Assembly (NCBI GenBank): GCA_036172245.1
Contig: JAYWIR010000004.1
Span: 1,674,001-1,738,000, forward strand
Origin: Raillietiella orientalis
Lineage: Eukaryota
Direction of reading: 5' to 3'
DNA length: 64,000 bases
Positions 1 to 12,950 of the stretch are shown here, piece after piece. The number at the start of each line of letters is the position of its first letter. Positions within the stretch are counted from its first letter, which is position 1. The position numbers and the translations under genes are program-made. Under the pieces are notes generated by a model. The model saw only the letters and a program-made list of their open reading frames with translations. It made no database searches and was not told where the DNA came from.

Positions 1-640
1 ACATGACTACTGACTGCACTTTGCGACTTTTGCCATTCCACACTGCCGTGAACTTTCTACTGTATCTACTACACTAAGGAAATGAGAATGTGTACAAACA
101 TCATCCTTTGAATCGACTTTTTTTTTTCTCTTTGACCTTCTCTGAAAGACGGATTGCCCATCCGAACGCTTTTCAAGATTGAGATGGACAGGAATGTTTA
201 GGTAGCTGCAAAAACGAAGTTCTGAAGGCTTGAATGAAGATTTTGGTTTTGAAGATTTTTTCGGTGGAGGTTTGCTGGTGTTATCAAACGTTCCCTGTCC
301 GCTCACATGCGTCACGTTCACCTGTGGATGAGATTGCATAGCTTTCATTCGCGGGCCATCTATGAGCGCATCCCGGAATGACTGTAGCTCATACATTTCC
401 CGTAGGAGGCGCAGTGCGATCATCAACGGTTCACCAACTTCCGAAACACGTCAAAAAACAGACAAGCGCATCCTTTAAATACTGTCACTTCATTTTAGAA
501 TTTGAATATGAATTGAAAACCTCAATATTTGGAATCCTATGCATAGTTTTGTTAGCATCACAAAGGAAGAATCTGTCAAATGTTCAGATTCAACCAAGTG
601 CTTATACCTGCAAGCAATTCAAAGGCATGTGTTTATCAAT
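1..640 (-). mobile_element. Ty1/copia gag fragment (UBN2-like region, zinc knuckle, start of protease), decayed
   Basis: Minus frame ALRLLREMYELQSFRDALIDG resembles Tnt1-type 'Al.LL.sLp.sy..frdtl.yG'. It is followed by FCSYLNIPVH (C..C...GH knuckle) and a DSgaSsH-like remnant at the window edge. Confidence 0.55.
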
Positions 641-699
641 CAGAAAATCATGAATATTCATGGTATAAAAATGTTGGAAAGTGAGAGTATTCTGCAGAA

Positions 700-2250
700 C
701 TGATCATCATTTCATCTCAGCTGAAGTCACAGGGTAAAAACGACAGTAAGTGCAAAAGCCTTTTCGAAAGAATGAGTTTTCTTCAAGACCACGACTGCAA
801 AATGATGGTTTTTCATTCTGTGAAACCCTTTCTTTACTATTTGAGCAGAGCAATTTACTATTTGCTGCTCTTACAGAGAGTGTGGGGGGGGGGGATGGGG
901 GTGGAGTGTGTGGAGCTACTGTGCTGGAGACCTCGCTTTGAGATAGCAAGAAAAAAGTTGACAGAGTCACGTGAATAGAAAATGCATTTTCACTTCTGAA
1001 GGTCACACTAATGATTTCCAAGAAAGTAATACATTCCGCCCCTTTAACATCATTATCCGAAACATATCACTTTTGCCTATGCTCATCGCTTCCTAGTTGA
1101 TGCTAATATTATCTCCTAGAAATTAAATTTTACGCATTCTCGAGAGCCCAAGATATTTCTCACAAAAGCGAGCGTCTAGCCTTACTGATATTGATCCTTC
1201 TCCCTGTGTCTTCTTAGCAAGCTGATAACCGGGTTTGCACCAGTCCTGATGCATCAAAGGGAATCCCGAAATTCCCTTTTCCTATTTATATTCATTACTG
1301 GCATTTCTCTATTCATTTGGACATTATGAGTCAAGTTTGGGAAGATGCTGGATGTTCTCTGAGGAATGCGGTATGAGATTCGCTGTTTCCGTCTGCTTCC
1401 TGTGATGCTTTCAGGAGAGGAGGCGCACGAAAGATTTTTGTTGCCAACGAATTGGCTGATCCCAATGGTATGACATTAAGAGTCTTCTTTTTTCTCTACA
1501 AAGCCCCTATTTAGCAAGGCAACACCCTCTACTTGCAATTCGTTTCCTTGTTCTTATCCTTGGGTGTCAGATTACTTGTCACCACCTTGAAAGAAGAAGA
1601 AACTCTTGTCCCTTGTTTCTTGGACAACTTTTTCCTCCATCACCGCTATCTGAATATGATTCCGGATTTTCTTTGAATTTTCGTTTCCGCCTTCCCCACA
1701 TCCAAGTGGGAATACCACTAACCTTGCCGTGGGGCGTTCTTGGATTGCCCCGAAACAACGAGAACGCACACTGGCTTGCCTTTTTCTCGAACTGAATGGG
1801 AACCATTTTGAACAATTCCACTGGTTTTTCTCTCGGGCCACGAAGTTAGACAAACGAATCGCCTTCTTCCATCGATCCAGAATATTCCATCCATCTTAAT
1901 AATTTGGTTCCGCATTGCGTCATCACGGGCATGACGAACTACACGAATCTTCAATTCTTGGATGCAGCCTCAGTTATACGATACTGCTAGCTGCGCAGCC
2001 CTGATCTCCACTTGGTCCACAATTTGCATTCCGGCCTACAGAGTCCATGAGAAAATCCGACGACTGTATTGAATAAAGTACTTGTTCTAGAAGAGTCCTG
2101 CACTTTCCAGGAACCAATTGTTCCGTGATGAGCGCATTTCTGAAGGCAACCTACTGCATGCATTCCTCTGATCAGGTAACTCTGTTGGTGTGGTGACCCT
2201 TTCGTGCTGAAAACAGGGAACACCTAAGGTTTTCGTTCTGACCAAATCTC
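700..2250 (-). mobile_element. L1 LINE fossil: ORF1 (DUF4283-like) plus N-terminal endonuclease
   Basis: DDAMRNQIIKMDGIFWIDGRRRFVCLTSWP resembles ORF1 'vl..Gpw.idg..l.l..W'. Downstream GRNVLLSW and SIHVT resemble APE endonuclease motifs. Many stops and frameshifts. Confidence 0.5.
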
Positions 2251-2389
2251 CGTGAGAAAGAAGGAAGCGAGAATTTCGTCAAATTCTCATCGGAACAATT
2301 TTGAAATTCTGATCCTCAACTTTTGAATTTCTCATCTTGGGGGCTGTGAACCCCAACCGCTGCAGGTGCGGGGAACGGGAATCCCTCCC

Positions 2390-4150
2390 GCACCTGCTCG
2401 TAGACTGTTGCCCTCCGGCCCCTGTGGTTGCGTTACGCAACGACCCTTGGCGCACTGACGGACAATCCCAAAGACGTGACGAAGCGCCTCCTCGTGCGCG
2501 ATGCCCTTTCGTCTGCCGCATCCCCAGCAGCTCTTTGCTGCTGCTTACGGGGGATTGCGGCGGTCTGGAGCTACGTGAGAGGAGGACGTCACGATAGGGA
2601 TGCCATTTGCATTGTCCTGCGCTTCCTGCGGATGGCAGCAAGGTGGTCCAATCTGGGGCTTACTCAGATAGAACTTGCCGGCATCCTGGAAAGGACACAG
2701 AGGACGCACTCCAGCGAACAATGATTCCTTCTCGTGTTCCCCAGAGGATTTTTTATTTTTATCTTTGTTTGCCCCTTCCCCCTTCGCTGCCCAGGCAAAC
2801 CTCGCCGGTCCGCGTGCGGGTCACTCGGGAGGCTCCGAGCATTTCCGGACGATGTAGGACTAATGCCCCTACAAATGTGTGTGCCTATTTTTTATAATGA
2901 ACGCCCCGGCATTACTGGGTGTTAAAACCATGTCAGATCACTCCACTGAAGAAACAAGGAGTCTTCGTGATGCGGATCCGGATGCCCACGGCCTCCTTCA
3001 TCCTTGCATTGTAGTTTGTGGTGGTGGTAGGAGATTCTCTGATGTTCCTCTCACAAGGAGGCGATGGTGGGCTGAGTGGGAAACTGAGTGTCGGTTCATT
3101 CGTTGTCGATTGAGAGGCAACAAGGACACATTCCGTCGCAACCTACCTTGCATGCTTCAGCATCTCGAGTCCAGGCTGGCATCAGTGTCGCATCCAGTTT
3201 CGGCTATCAAAAACTAAATTTCTAGAGTGAATTTGCAGCCCCCCAGCGTGAGGGTGCCGAGTCCTGAATTTTTTTCTAGGCAGCGAGGTCTTTCAGGAAA
3301 ATCTTTGCCCTTGAGGTGTCCCTCAGTGTTTCTTCATGGGCCTCGCTCTGCAAGACGGATAAGAACAAGAAGGGTCTTCCGAACCCTTCTCTGGGGACGA
3401 CGAGGAGGTGAATGAAGGTGCGTTCTGGTAGTCAACTCTGCCCCTCTTGCAACGAAGCCAGTCCATTTCGGCATCTCGGAGGCAACTGGACCAGACTTCT
3501 GCGAGGCCAAAGTCTCCTAAGGGCAGGCCACGAGCTGCTCACGGAGATCCTCGTCGCTTCCCCTGTCCAGCAGCTGATGAAGCAGCCTGATGAATCAATT
3601 CTCCGATGTATATATAGGGAGCAAGAGGAGGAGGTCATTGGCACATGCCTCTACGGCCGGAGTAAAGGGGCAAGGGAGAGGCAGGTTCTCTAGAGCTTTA
3701 ATGGGTCGTTCAGCTCTAAGAAATGATAACTAGCATAGAATTCAGGCTGTCCCCTTGCTTGATCCTCCTCCACACTCACACTCTGCACACGTGTACACTG
3801 CTGAAAAAGATATTCATGAGGGCAGTGGCCGACATATTGGCCAAGGGGAAGTCTCGGCCCGAACTGTGCCTGTCGCGTTTAGGTCGGATGCTTAGGGAAT
3901 TAGTGGATTGTGTTGCCTCCAATACGTGTAGGAATTTCTCAACGGTCCTTCATCTGCCGGTGGGCAGTCCCAATGATGTGAAGCTCCTCTCCGTGAGAGG
4001 CAAAACGTTGCCTGCCGCGGTCAGACCAACAGGGACGCCATCTTTATAGTATCTTCGTTTCTCAGGATTACGACGAGATGGCCCCACCTGCCGAGATCTC
4101 AGAAGGGAACTTGCCAGCATCCTTGAGGAGACGCTAGCGACGCCATGGAA
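2390..4150 (+). pseudogene. Cluster of about four diverged helical repeat units, death-domain-like, decayed
   Basis: Units ~2390-2720 and ~3880-4150 are clear homologs (RDAICIVLRFLRMAARW...ELAGILE vs RDAIFIVSSFLRITTRW...ELASILE). Unit ~3440-3690 (RHLGGNWTRLLR...TEI...QQLMKQPDESILRCIYREQ) and unit ~2950-3200 follow the death-domain hydrophobic pattern by eye. Confidence 0.4.
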
Positions 4151-4189
4151 TCAATGGAGTGATCCCTTTCCTCGTCCTCCCGTAGCTTA

Positions 4190-5300
4190 AAAAATCCTCT
4201 CCAGTTTCCATGATGATATCTGATCGCTCGATTGCAAATTACATTCTTGAACGAACACCCCGACGTCATCGGTGCAAATGAAAAAACACGGCTGTTCCCG
4301 GAGTGCTCCCCAAAGTCGGGGGAGAAGTGCGGGGGACTCGAGACGCAGCACTGCCAGATCCTTAAAGTCCCTGAAGCAGCCCGTGTGCATCAGCCTGAGA
4401 ACTGCAGATCCGCTGGGAATGGCAGGGAGTTACTCTCCTGCTCACAAAGGGGCTGATCCAGTCCACCGGAAACCTCCACAGATCCACAGGTGATCCCTTT
4501 TTAGATGCAGCTCGCGCTGGATCCTCGAACGGTCGGCTGGATGTGGAGTCGATGTCACCCGCGTTGCTCCGTGCTTGTCGCAACAGTATCACTCCAGACA
4601 CTCCAGCTGGCTCCAAGAAGTCACGCTCGAAGAGTTCCCTGACTCGTAGCGAGGTTCAAAAGTCACTCACTCATCATTTTCCCTTGCAGAGGACGTGCTG
4701 CCCCGGACTGCCAAACTTGTCATCCGGTCCTGCTTCCGTGTCCGGTCAACATGAGCACCCAAAATCCAGGTTTCTGGAGTGGACGAATGCCTGCAAAAAA
4801 GCACGGTTGCTCCCGCTGCCTTTTCCGGAGGACGGGGATGCGGCGCATTCAGGCACAGAACTGCCGAAACGAGTCCTTGAAGTGGTCTGAGTCCTCCAGC
4901 TTGTTGATGGCAAAGCCACTGATGAAACCATGGCACTGCTCCGCAGCATTTTGAAGGCTCAGTATTTCCCACACATTCCTTGGGGGTGGGTACACACAGA
5001 ACCTGAAATGCTCAGACAAAGGTCGATCCCACTCTGCCCCCTCTCCCCTCCCGGGAACACAGGTGTTCGCTGAGGAAGACATGATCTTCCGAGTCCTGCG
5101 TTCCAGGCTCGTTGATCAGCAACTTTGCTGCCTAAGAGCTGCTTGCCTACCTGTCTGCAATGACCTTTCTGTCACACGCCATTTGATAGCAGGAAGAAGT
5201 TGAAGCCATTTGCTGTCAGATGTGCCACGTTGGGACAAGCAATGATAAGCCAGCGGCTTTCGACAGCATCCAAGAAACGGGTTCGTCCGGTGTTGTGACC
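4190..5300 (-). pseudogene. Two tandem decayed copies of a trypsin-like serine protease (homolog) domain
   Basis: Segments ~4250-4380 and ~4750-4890 are homologous (both read FKD...AVL.L..P...REQPCFF). FKDLAVLRLESP resembles the trypsin 'DIALLRL..P' motif; upstream motifs match only weakly. Confidence 0.3.
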
Positions 5301-5449
5301 ACGTGACGCGTCCGTTACGGCGAGCTCGGTCATGTCGGCTCTATAAGCACGCCCTTTGCGTGCTTGCAGAGCAAGGAGGCTGCGATATAAAGCCTTCCGT
5401 TTGAAAAACGTCTCCATCAATTTTTCCCTGTCTCCTTGTCTTCCTGCCT

Positions 5450-8150
5450 TTTTTTCGTCTTGTTTGAAAGTGAGGATGATTAGTTATCTGCATCTTCTTT
5501 ATGCAGTTACGTGGCTATTTGTTCAGTTTTTTGGTGGGATCAGCCCCAGAGTACGATATGGTCTAATACAAGGACTTGTATATGTCGTATGTACCATCTG
5601 ATCAGGAAGATCACTTGAGAAGCTACACGTATGTGGTTAATGGTACCTTCTCCCCGCTGTCCTCGATCTCTGTGTATACAAACGCAGAGTGGTTTTGCTG
5701 TGCTCTTTAACGTAACCTGGGCTGTATATTCCAAGATACGTGATACGTGATTGCCACAGTTCGCTTTCACAACGCATGCAAGGCCCTACTCGAAAAACCT
5801 AAGAGTGGCCTCGGGTCCACGAAAATCTCTTCAAATACAGCCGTACCTCGGTACTCGCCGGTAATTCGTTCCGGAACTCATGACGAGTGCCGAAACAGAC
5901 GAATACCGAGGTACGACTATAGATGGATTGATCTTTTGATTCCCTGAGAAGTGCAAGTGCCTAATAGAGCCACAAAAACAGGACCGAACCTAACCCAAAC
6001 CTAGCCTATTCGAGAAAGCATCCTACCATTGCGTGATTCCGCTTTCTGCGGACCAATGCTGTACTCTTTGTGCAGAAGTTTCCATGTAATTTACCAGAGG
6101 ATTTCCTCCACGTCTTTCCAATACCTTCACTGTATGTCATCAGTCCATAAATTTCCTCTACTATTACAGAATAAAAAGTCTCAATTCCTGCAACAAAAAA
6201 TCAGCGAATCCCTTCAGCGTATTTGGCAGTCATCTGAGATTCCAAAAGGTGATACGGATTTTAGCTACTATGCTGAGCTCTGAGCTAACATTTTATGATC
6301 TCGAAACGAATTCAGCGGCTCCTTTTATTTCTACAAGGATTTCCTTGGTCGGTCGTTTCATTCCTCCAGCTGCGTCCTACTTTTCGACATGTTTTTCTTT
6401 TCTTACTTACTGCTTTCGTTGTTGTTTTTTATCATTCCATCTTTTGTGCAACCTCTTTTGCTACTCACAGAATTCCAACTTTGTCATAGGTTTCCGAAGT
6501 GCTTTCAGCAAAAAATTCCTCGTCTTCTTTCCAAAGATTTGCTCATTTTGGCTTCTTCAGACTCTATGCTTTCTCGGAGTTTATCCTCTCTTTTCCTTTC
6601 CGGTGTGTTTCGACGCGTTTTCCCGAGCTGCGCAAGACTTCGGACTTCTCGGTACTGGACAAGTATGACCTCAGAACGAGAGGTCTTCATATGACCAACT
6701 GAGCATGGAGGGGAGGCTAGGTATTGGGTGGCTTGCAGGGGCTAACACTGCATCCTCTGACCGCAAGGAAATGTGTGTTGTACCACTATGGGTTTGGGAA
6801 TGCATCTCCTGCTCCGTAGGTTCCATCACGTGCTCCTTAAAACCAAAAGGAAGGGTGCTTTTCTGCATCAAAATTCCCCAATCTTTTCTCATCGTTCTTC
6901 TGCCGCTCGACATTTCACTTCCTGATGGACTGCTGTCACCACGTGGTTAGTTTCGCAGAAAGGAGTGCAACCTACCTGTTGTAGAATATGCCTGATTTCT
7001 TCTATGATGCCCAGAATTTGTGTCGGAAGTCTTCCAAGCAAAGCACCGGCATGGAAAGCACCTGGAAGGTAGGCCATCAGGAGTCTTTTCTAATGCAGGT
7101 GCAATGGGCATTTCGAGACAGATCCCCAAAATAGTGGTTGGTCATTTCTCCTCCGATTGCACCTTGCGTCGTAAATTCACCTCCGGCATTTCATGTGGTC
7201 TGGCACAGAGAAGCATAACACTCTCTTATTAAATTACATTTCACTTAGGAAAGCTCCATGGGGATGGTCTGACACCATCAACGCGCCAGTTCGTTTTTTA
7301 CTTACCGGTGAACACATGGGACTCTGCTATCATTACATCGTAGGTGAGGTTTCTCTCAACCTGCTGCCCACCCATACGATCAGCACTCACAAGGGAACGT
7401 TCGCATCAAAAATACAGAGCACGAGACTCAACAGCACATTCTCATCCATTTCATGCTCTGCGCTGCCCTGATCACCGGCGAATGGACGATTTGGTGAGCC
7501 AGGTCAGAGGAGAAGCAGAAACAGGAGGAACGGGTGTCCTTCCTGCAACCAACCGATCCCGGAATTCAGCTCAAAACTTTAACCAGAGCTCGTACTCCAG
7601 AAGAACCGTCCAACCATCATCTTCGACGTTTGCCATCCCTCGAAGATCGGCGCATAGTGTCCGAAGAGACCACGGCAAAGGCAGAAGAGCGAATCAGATC
7701 CTCTGGAAGGAATGCATACAGGGGGAACGAGCACGTTGGTGGTTCCTCGAGATCGTGGGATCTAAGAAACTACTTAAGCTGGAGATCCTTTGTACGTGTT
7801 TAGACCGTGCAAAATATGTGCTGCGGCACAGCCAAGACATGTACCAGGGACATAGTCCGTAGTATGGAGCAGGTGAAATCTGCAATATCAGAAGGTCTCT
7901 CCTGCGTTCGAAGAATGCACGCCATCCTTCAGGAGAGCATACTAGGAGTAGCCACAGCATCTTGCAATTTTCATCAGCATGGATGACTGGAGAAAACGTC
8001 CGGAACTTTGCTTTCACTGACGATGCCTGTTCTGTCTAGGATACCTGGATTTGTCCTCAACGATAGGATGCTCAACTCATCATCAGGTGGGATTTGGGGC
8101 TCCGATAGTACCATTGCCTATTCCTCGTGGCCTTATTCGGAGCATTCCTG
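5450..8150 (+). mobile_element. L1 LINE fossil: RT, post-RT region, zf-RVT and possible RNase H
   Basis: Motifs in order: ISP..GLIQG, RLLSK..ILASS (lLS.agr.vLi), PTEHGG/LGI (GGLGI across a frameshift), VFQAKH, HFMWSG, WKECI...KLLKL, then FTDDAC..GFVLND (RNase H-like). Confidence 0.65.
5838..5919. mobile_element. 82-bp Tigger/pogo-like (Tc1-mariner superfamily) MITE inserted in the L1 fossil
   Basis: Left end cagccgtacctcggtactcg vs reverse complement of right end tagtcgtacctcggtattcg (17/20 identical). TA flanks both sides (5836-5837, 5920-5921), and there is a subterminal repeat gacgagtgccga/gacgaataccga. Confidence 0.7.
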
Positions 8151-8449
8151 CTATGCCGCCTTGACTTTGCGGAATCCCATTTGCGCCCTGACCACAGCCT
8201 CCCATTATTGTCCCATTTGCGTTTTTAGCTTTTCTTCTGCTTTCACTTACTGCTCTCCTGTCTCCTTCTCATCTGCGGTTAGTTTAAGCACTGGCATTAA
8301 TGCCCGAGCTTACCCGCGGTTTCATCTTTCCGTTTGCATCCAGGGATGCTGGGGCGTTTATTGCAACCATACATTAGTGAGACTCCAAGTTCGACCAGTT
8401 TCCAACTACCGGGGAGCGGGTGCCGTTTGCTTTAGAAAAAATGAGGAGA

Positions 8450-9150
8450 GGAAATATAAAAAAACAAGTAAGTAGGAAAAATAATAATCTATGTGGAAGC
8501 TTGGAGAGGGATTACAGTTGACTCCCGGACGTTTTCTGCATCTTCCGAAGGATGCGAACCAGTTCCTACTTGTATTTTCCCAGGTGCGGTCATCTCACTC
8601 GCCCTCCTTAGGAAGGAGGTCACAGTTGAGATGGTGTTCCTGAATCAAGTTTTCCAGCGACTGGAGTGCTAAGGTACACTGCTCTAAACATCACGGAATC
8701 TGGAAGTGAATTGGCGTCGCTTGGTGCGATCGAAGGCGAGTTCTCCAGCCACTCCTTTGAGGTTTCCACATTGGATTACAATTCATTCCCAAGAGAGGGA
8801 TACGGCATTAAAGAAGAACTGCCATTTAAATCGAGATATACTCTCCACTCTTATGAGATGAGAGGAAGTTCCAATCTCTTCCTGGGTTTAAATACAGAAA
8901 TCCGAGTTGAGTGTCAACAGTTGGTAAGCCTCTAGGAATGGGCATTAGGAGATGGGCCCGTTGGATTTTCCCTCCTCCAACGGAAATTTTCGAAAAAGTC
9001 TGGAGTAAATGCGGTGATAAGCAATTTTTGATGATGATAAGCGCCGTCCTGAAAGGATGATGAGCAAAATGGTCGGAAGTCTCAGAAAGGAATCCAAAGC
9101 AGTTTTCAAAACAGAGGCGTTGAGATGCAGTCCTTTACCCTTCTTTGTTA
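8450..9150 (+). pseudogene. Decayed leucine-rich-repeat protein gene, copy 1
   Basis: TCIFPGAVISL...FSSHSFEVSTLDYNSF...LGDGPVGFS aligns by eye with the copies at 55-57 kb. Resembles crustacean 'Oplophorus luciferase non-catalytic subunit-like' LRR proteins (from memory, not a search). Confidence 0.4.
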
Positions 9151-9249
9151 TTTGTTCTGCAAATGGGCTTGCTCCTCTACTTTCAGGTAAATGCGTGCAG
9201 AAACTGAAATTTGGACATCCTTAATTAGTAGAATATGTAAGAGAGTTCA

Positions 9250-11000
9250 GGCTACTGAGACAAACTAAGTCGGGTACGTCAGATTTCGTAAAAGATGTAA
9301 AAGATTTTGTTCAACCACTGCTTCACTTCCAGCTGAGGCTTTCTTAATGAATATCGACAAGTTTCGAAGCAGCATAATGAATGACATCCTGAAATCATTA
9401 TCCGGGCAGCAAAGGTCCAGCATAAATTAGAGGGCTGCAGAGATAATGCTCTTCCATTCACCATGTTGAAGAGCACATTTGCGATTCCGTTTCGTTAAAG
9501 AGAGAGAATTGCGACAGGATAAGAAAACCAGATCATGCACAATTACAGATGCTGGTGTGGAAATGATGACTCAACGGATCAAGGACTTCGAAAGCAGGCA
9601 GCGTTTCTGAAAGCAAAACCAAAAAAAAATTGGACGCCGCAGCTTGTCGGTAGAAACCGCACAAGAAAAAAACCATCTTTATCGAGGATTCCCGATTTCG
9701 AGAGATTTTTCTGCTTTGGTTCTAGGAGAAAAATAGAGACGGGGCATTGCCGATTCCAAGTTTCCTTGAACGCCGAAGCTTGTAGAGGAATCAGATTGTG
9801 TGCTTTTGAGCCTGAAAGTTCACTGCATTCAGGCGAACGGAAGACCCACTTCATCCACATGCATAAAGCGGATCATTACGTATCAAAAAACTAAGTCCAT
9901 GAGCATCCTACTTAAATTCCTAGCTAATGCAATTTATCCATTTTTCAAATGAATTGCGTCAGCCGTATTGTCCAACATCATGACCAACTTTTGTCTGCGT
10001 TCTGACAGAAAGAAAGGTAGTTTTGACGGGATGTCACGGGTGCGTGAGCCACTTGTGAGAGAAAAACTGATTCGCATTTCCAAAAATCCAAATTCTTCCG
10101 ATTCCCTGGAGACTGCAAAGGTTTTGAACGTTACACGAACATCTCCAAATTTTCTGCTTTCATCCGTTCCATCTCTTTCACTTCGCGAACGCTGTTGCAG
10201 ATGCCCAACTCATCCAGGAATACAAGCTCGGACAAAGCACAACAAGGAATAGAAGAAAGATGGGATACGAGAAAATTCCAAGGTCATTCAAACGCTCATC
10301 CCTAGGAAGAAGAATTCGCCTTGGTATAATAAAAAAAAAAAAAAAGATGAAGCGGACAACGACATTCTAATCGTTTGTGTATGCAGAGACAACCAAACGT
10401 TTAAATAGGCACGATCCCTCTGGAATAAGAGATACCAGCAGCTAGTGACTTGGCTCATCTTTCATTTCCGGTTTTCTCAATCGGCAGCCACTTTGCTATG
10501 GAAGCGAGTTTGTGGCGTTCTACTCTTCCTTCCAGGAGTTAACGATTGACGTTCTCAGTCGGAAGAAAAGCATGAAAACCGAGAATGTTTCATGCAAAAT
10601 TCATGACTGCTCTTCATTACTTCCTGTGTCTTACGAAATGTTTCCGCTGCAGCACTCTTTAGCTCTGATTCAGCAGGACTAAAACTCCGCCCATGCAAAA
10701 AACACTTACCTGTTCGAAACTCCTTTGGAAGTTGCTGGAGTGCATTTCAACCGATCGGTGAGAATAGGTCTGAATGCAGATAACAAGTAGATAGGTAGGT
10801 ATCTTTCAGTAGGAAGTTTGGATGTGGAGTTTTTGCGTAGAAGGCGCGCAAATGAGGTCTTGCGACCTCGCACTGCACCCGCCACTCTCCGGGAATGAAG
10901 TTCCATGGATCTGAGCACCGAATGCTCTTCTTTCGTAAGAGAAGGAGGAGGGTTCGGAAGGAATCAGCTCAGGAAGGGAAGATCCCCACATTCAGTGGAA
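9250..11000 (-). mobile_element. L1 LINE fossil: ORF1 C-terminal half, endonuclease and linker
   Basis: RKTSFARLL...SKLP (ORF1 'r.sFARvlve.d.sk.Lp'), GRIWIF (endonuclease GRIW motif) and LEVKQWLNKIF (linker 'lK.Wnk..f') occur in the correct order. Confidence 0.65.
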
Positions 11001-11499
11001 ATACCGTCACTCGCTCGTTTATCGTCCGGAAGGAGTGACTTTCAATGGAACCCACTTTTCGACAGAGATCAGGAAAGTGCGTTTCGTACGAGTAAAATCT
11101 CGGACTCCCTGTCGTCGTGACTTTGGCAGCACTCACACCTCCAAAAAGATGATACCGCGGGTCCGCAAACACCGCGGCGCGAAGCGCATCTGGAAGTCGA
11201 AGGAAAAGCGGCAAAATACCAGAAATCGAGAAATTTTCACCACCTTGTCCGATCGCCTGTTCTCTTTAACTTCTTTTTTATTGGTAGTGGTCTGGGCGGC
11301 ATTCTATCCAAGAACTATTGAATGTTCCAGAAAAGTACTGTGTGATGTATTCATCCTGCCTCTTCGAAATCTTCGACTCTCTCGGTACTCCTTGGGTTTC
11401 TGGATCTCTAGATCTAGACCTTGCTCCTACGGTGGTGAGCACCCTCCGAAGACGGAGAGCTCGCATTTTTTCTTCTTTTTCCCTATTTCTGGCACCTGA

Positions 11500-12950
11500 G
11501 CGTTCATAGAGACAGGAGACAGTCTATATAAGTGCTTTTACTTCACCCTGGAGCACCAAATCCGGCTTCAACTTTATGCTCATTCCTGGGATAGGAGACC
11601 ACCAGTTTCCAAGGTTACCTCAACATCAATGCTCTTACAATACTTGAGACACTACTGGCATCAAATCATTGAAGCTGGTGAAATAATAAAGGCCAGTAAT
11701 TGCTGACTCTACCCGGTTGCTTTCTCACCATCTGGATGTCCAAGAATACTTTGGACTTCCGCGTGATTGAGAGTAAACCACACCGATGGAGGGGAATCAA
11801 AAAACATCACACAAATCCAACGGCCTTTTTGAACCTCAGCACACTTCAGAGTCAGTTGGACTCTGTGGATGAGGACTATGTGGAACAGCTAAACCTTTAA
11901 TCAGGAAAAAAGGAACAGAAAACAGTTCCTATCATCATAGCTTGCTACTCACATCCCTTAAGCGATTGAGGAACAGAGAGTTAAATTAATTGCTCATCTT
12001 GTGTGCTATATGGTGTCCATGGATCTTGTTTATCTATACCGCCACAGAATTCGACTGGAATGAATCCACATGTACCTTATCTGTTGTCCGTGTGCGCGAA
12101 GTAATGCAACGTGTTCTGCAAACGCTGCAGGTCGGGAGCCGCAAAATGCGGCGATGGTGCATTGATGGCTCTGGCCACTAGGGGATTAGCGAAACTCTAG
12201 TGCATCCTTCGTGCTGCTCTGTCTCTTGTCCCTTTCAAGCAGCTTCAGATATCCTGAAGTAACGCAAGCTTTACCGAGCAATAGGTAAACGCTGCTCTAA
12301 GTGGATTTCAGACCGGTTGTCACAGCATGACTCGGACTCGGCAGCTGAAAGGACACGAGGGGAGTCAAATTCTTTCTATCGGCGCTTTTCATGGGACGAG
12401 GGAAATCGAACGGTGTGGAAAAGCGAGGGATCTGCGAGATGCAAGGAAAAGAAGAGGAAAAAAATCAGTGTGCTGGAAGAAATGGCAACGCACGTGCTAC
12501 TTGGATGCGAGATAAGTATTCGGCATGTGATAAAACGGGTCTACTCACAAACAGGAAGACTTTTCTGTCTCGGCGTTTGTCGGAAACCGAAATAAGGGAT
12601 TGAGGACCTCTACGAGGACCACTTTCCTCACCATTTCACAATCACCCATGGGGTGTGGGAGTACTAGTAAGGACACTTGAATTATTCTTGAGCTTTCTAC
12701 AACAAGAATCCTGATTACTCGAAAGCAAAATGTGGTCTTAGAGGACTCTAGCCTGGAGCTTGCTTCGAGTCATTTGCTGAGATACCACCACAGTGACGGA
12801 CGTATCACAATCTGGCATCCCCTGCAGTCTTTGAAACTGTATGCTCCTTGCTACCGAATACCTCTTCGAAGAGAAACATCTCAAGGTTGAATCTCTTGCC
12901 CTATCCATTCTTCATACTAGAGCTTCAGTACCGCCCGCGTAAGGCTCCAG
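11500..12950 (+). mobile_element. L1 LINE fossil: post-RT region and zf-RVT
   Basis: TIWMS, DGG/GIK (GGLGI-like), and LRTLAWSLL...CSL..ET (zf-RVT-like). Confidence 0.55.

Noticed and set aside
5984..6008. Degenerate (CCTAA)n resembling arthropod telomeric or Helitron microsatellite
   Set aside because: Only about five poorly matching units.
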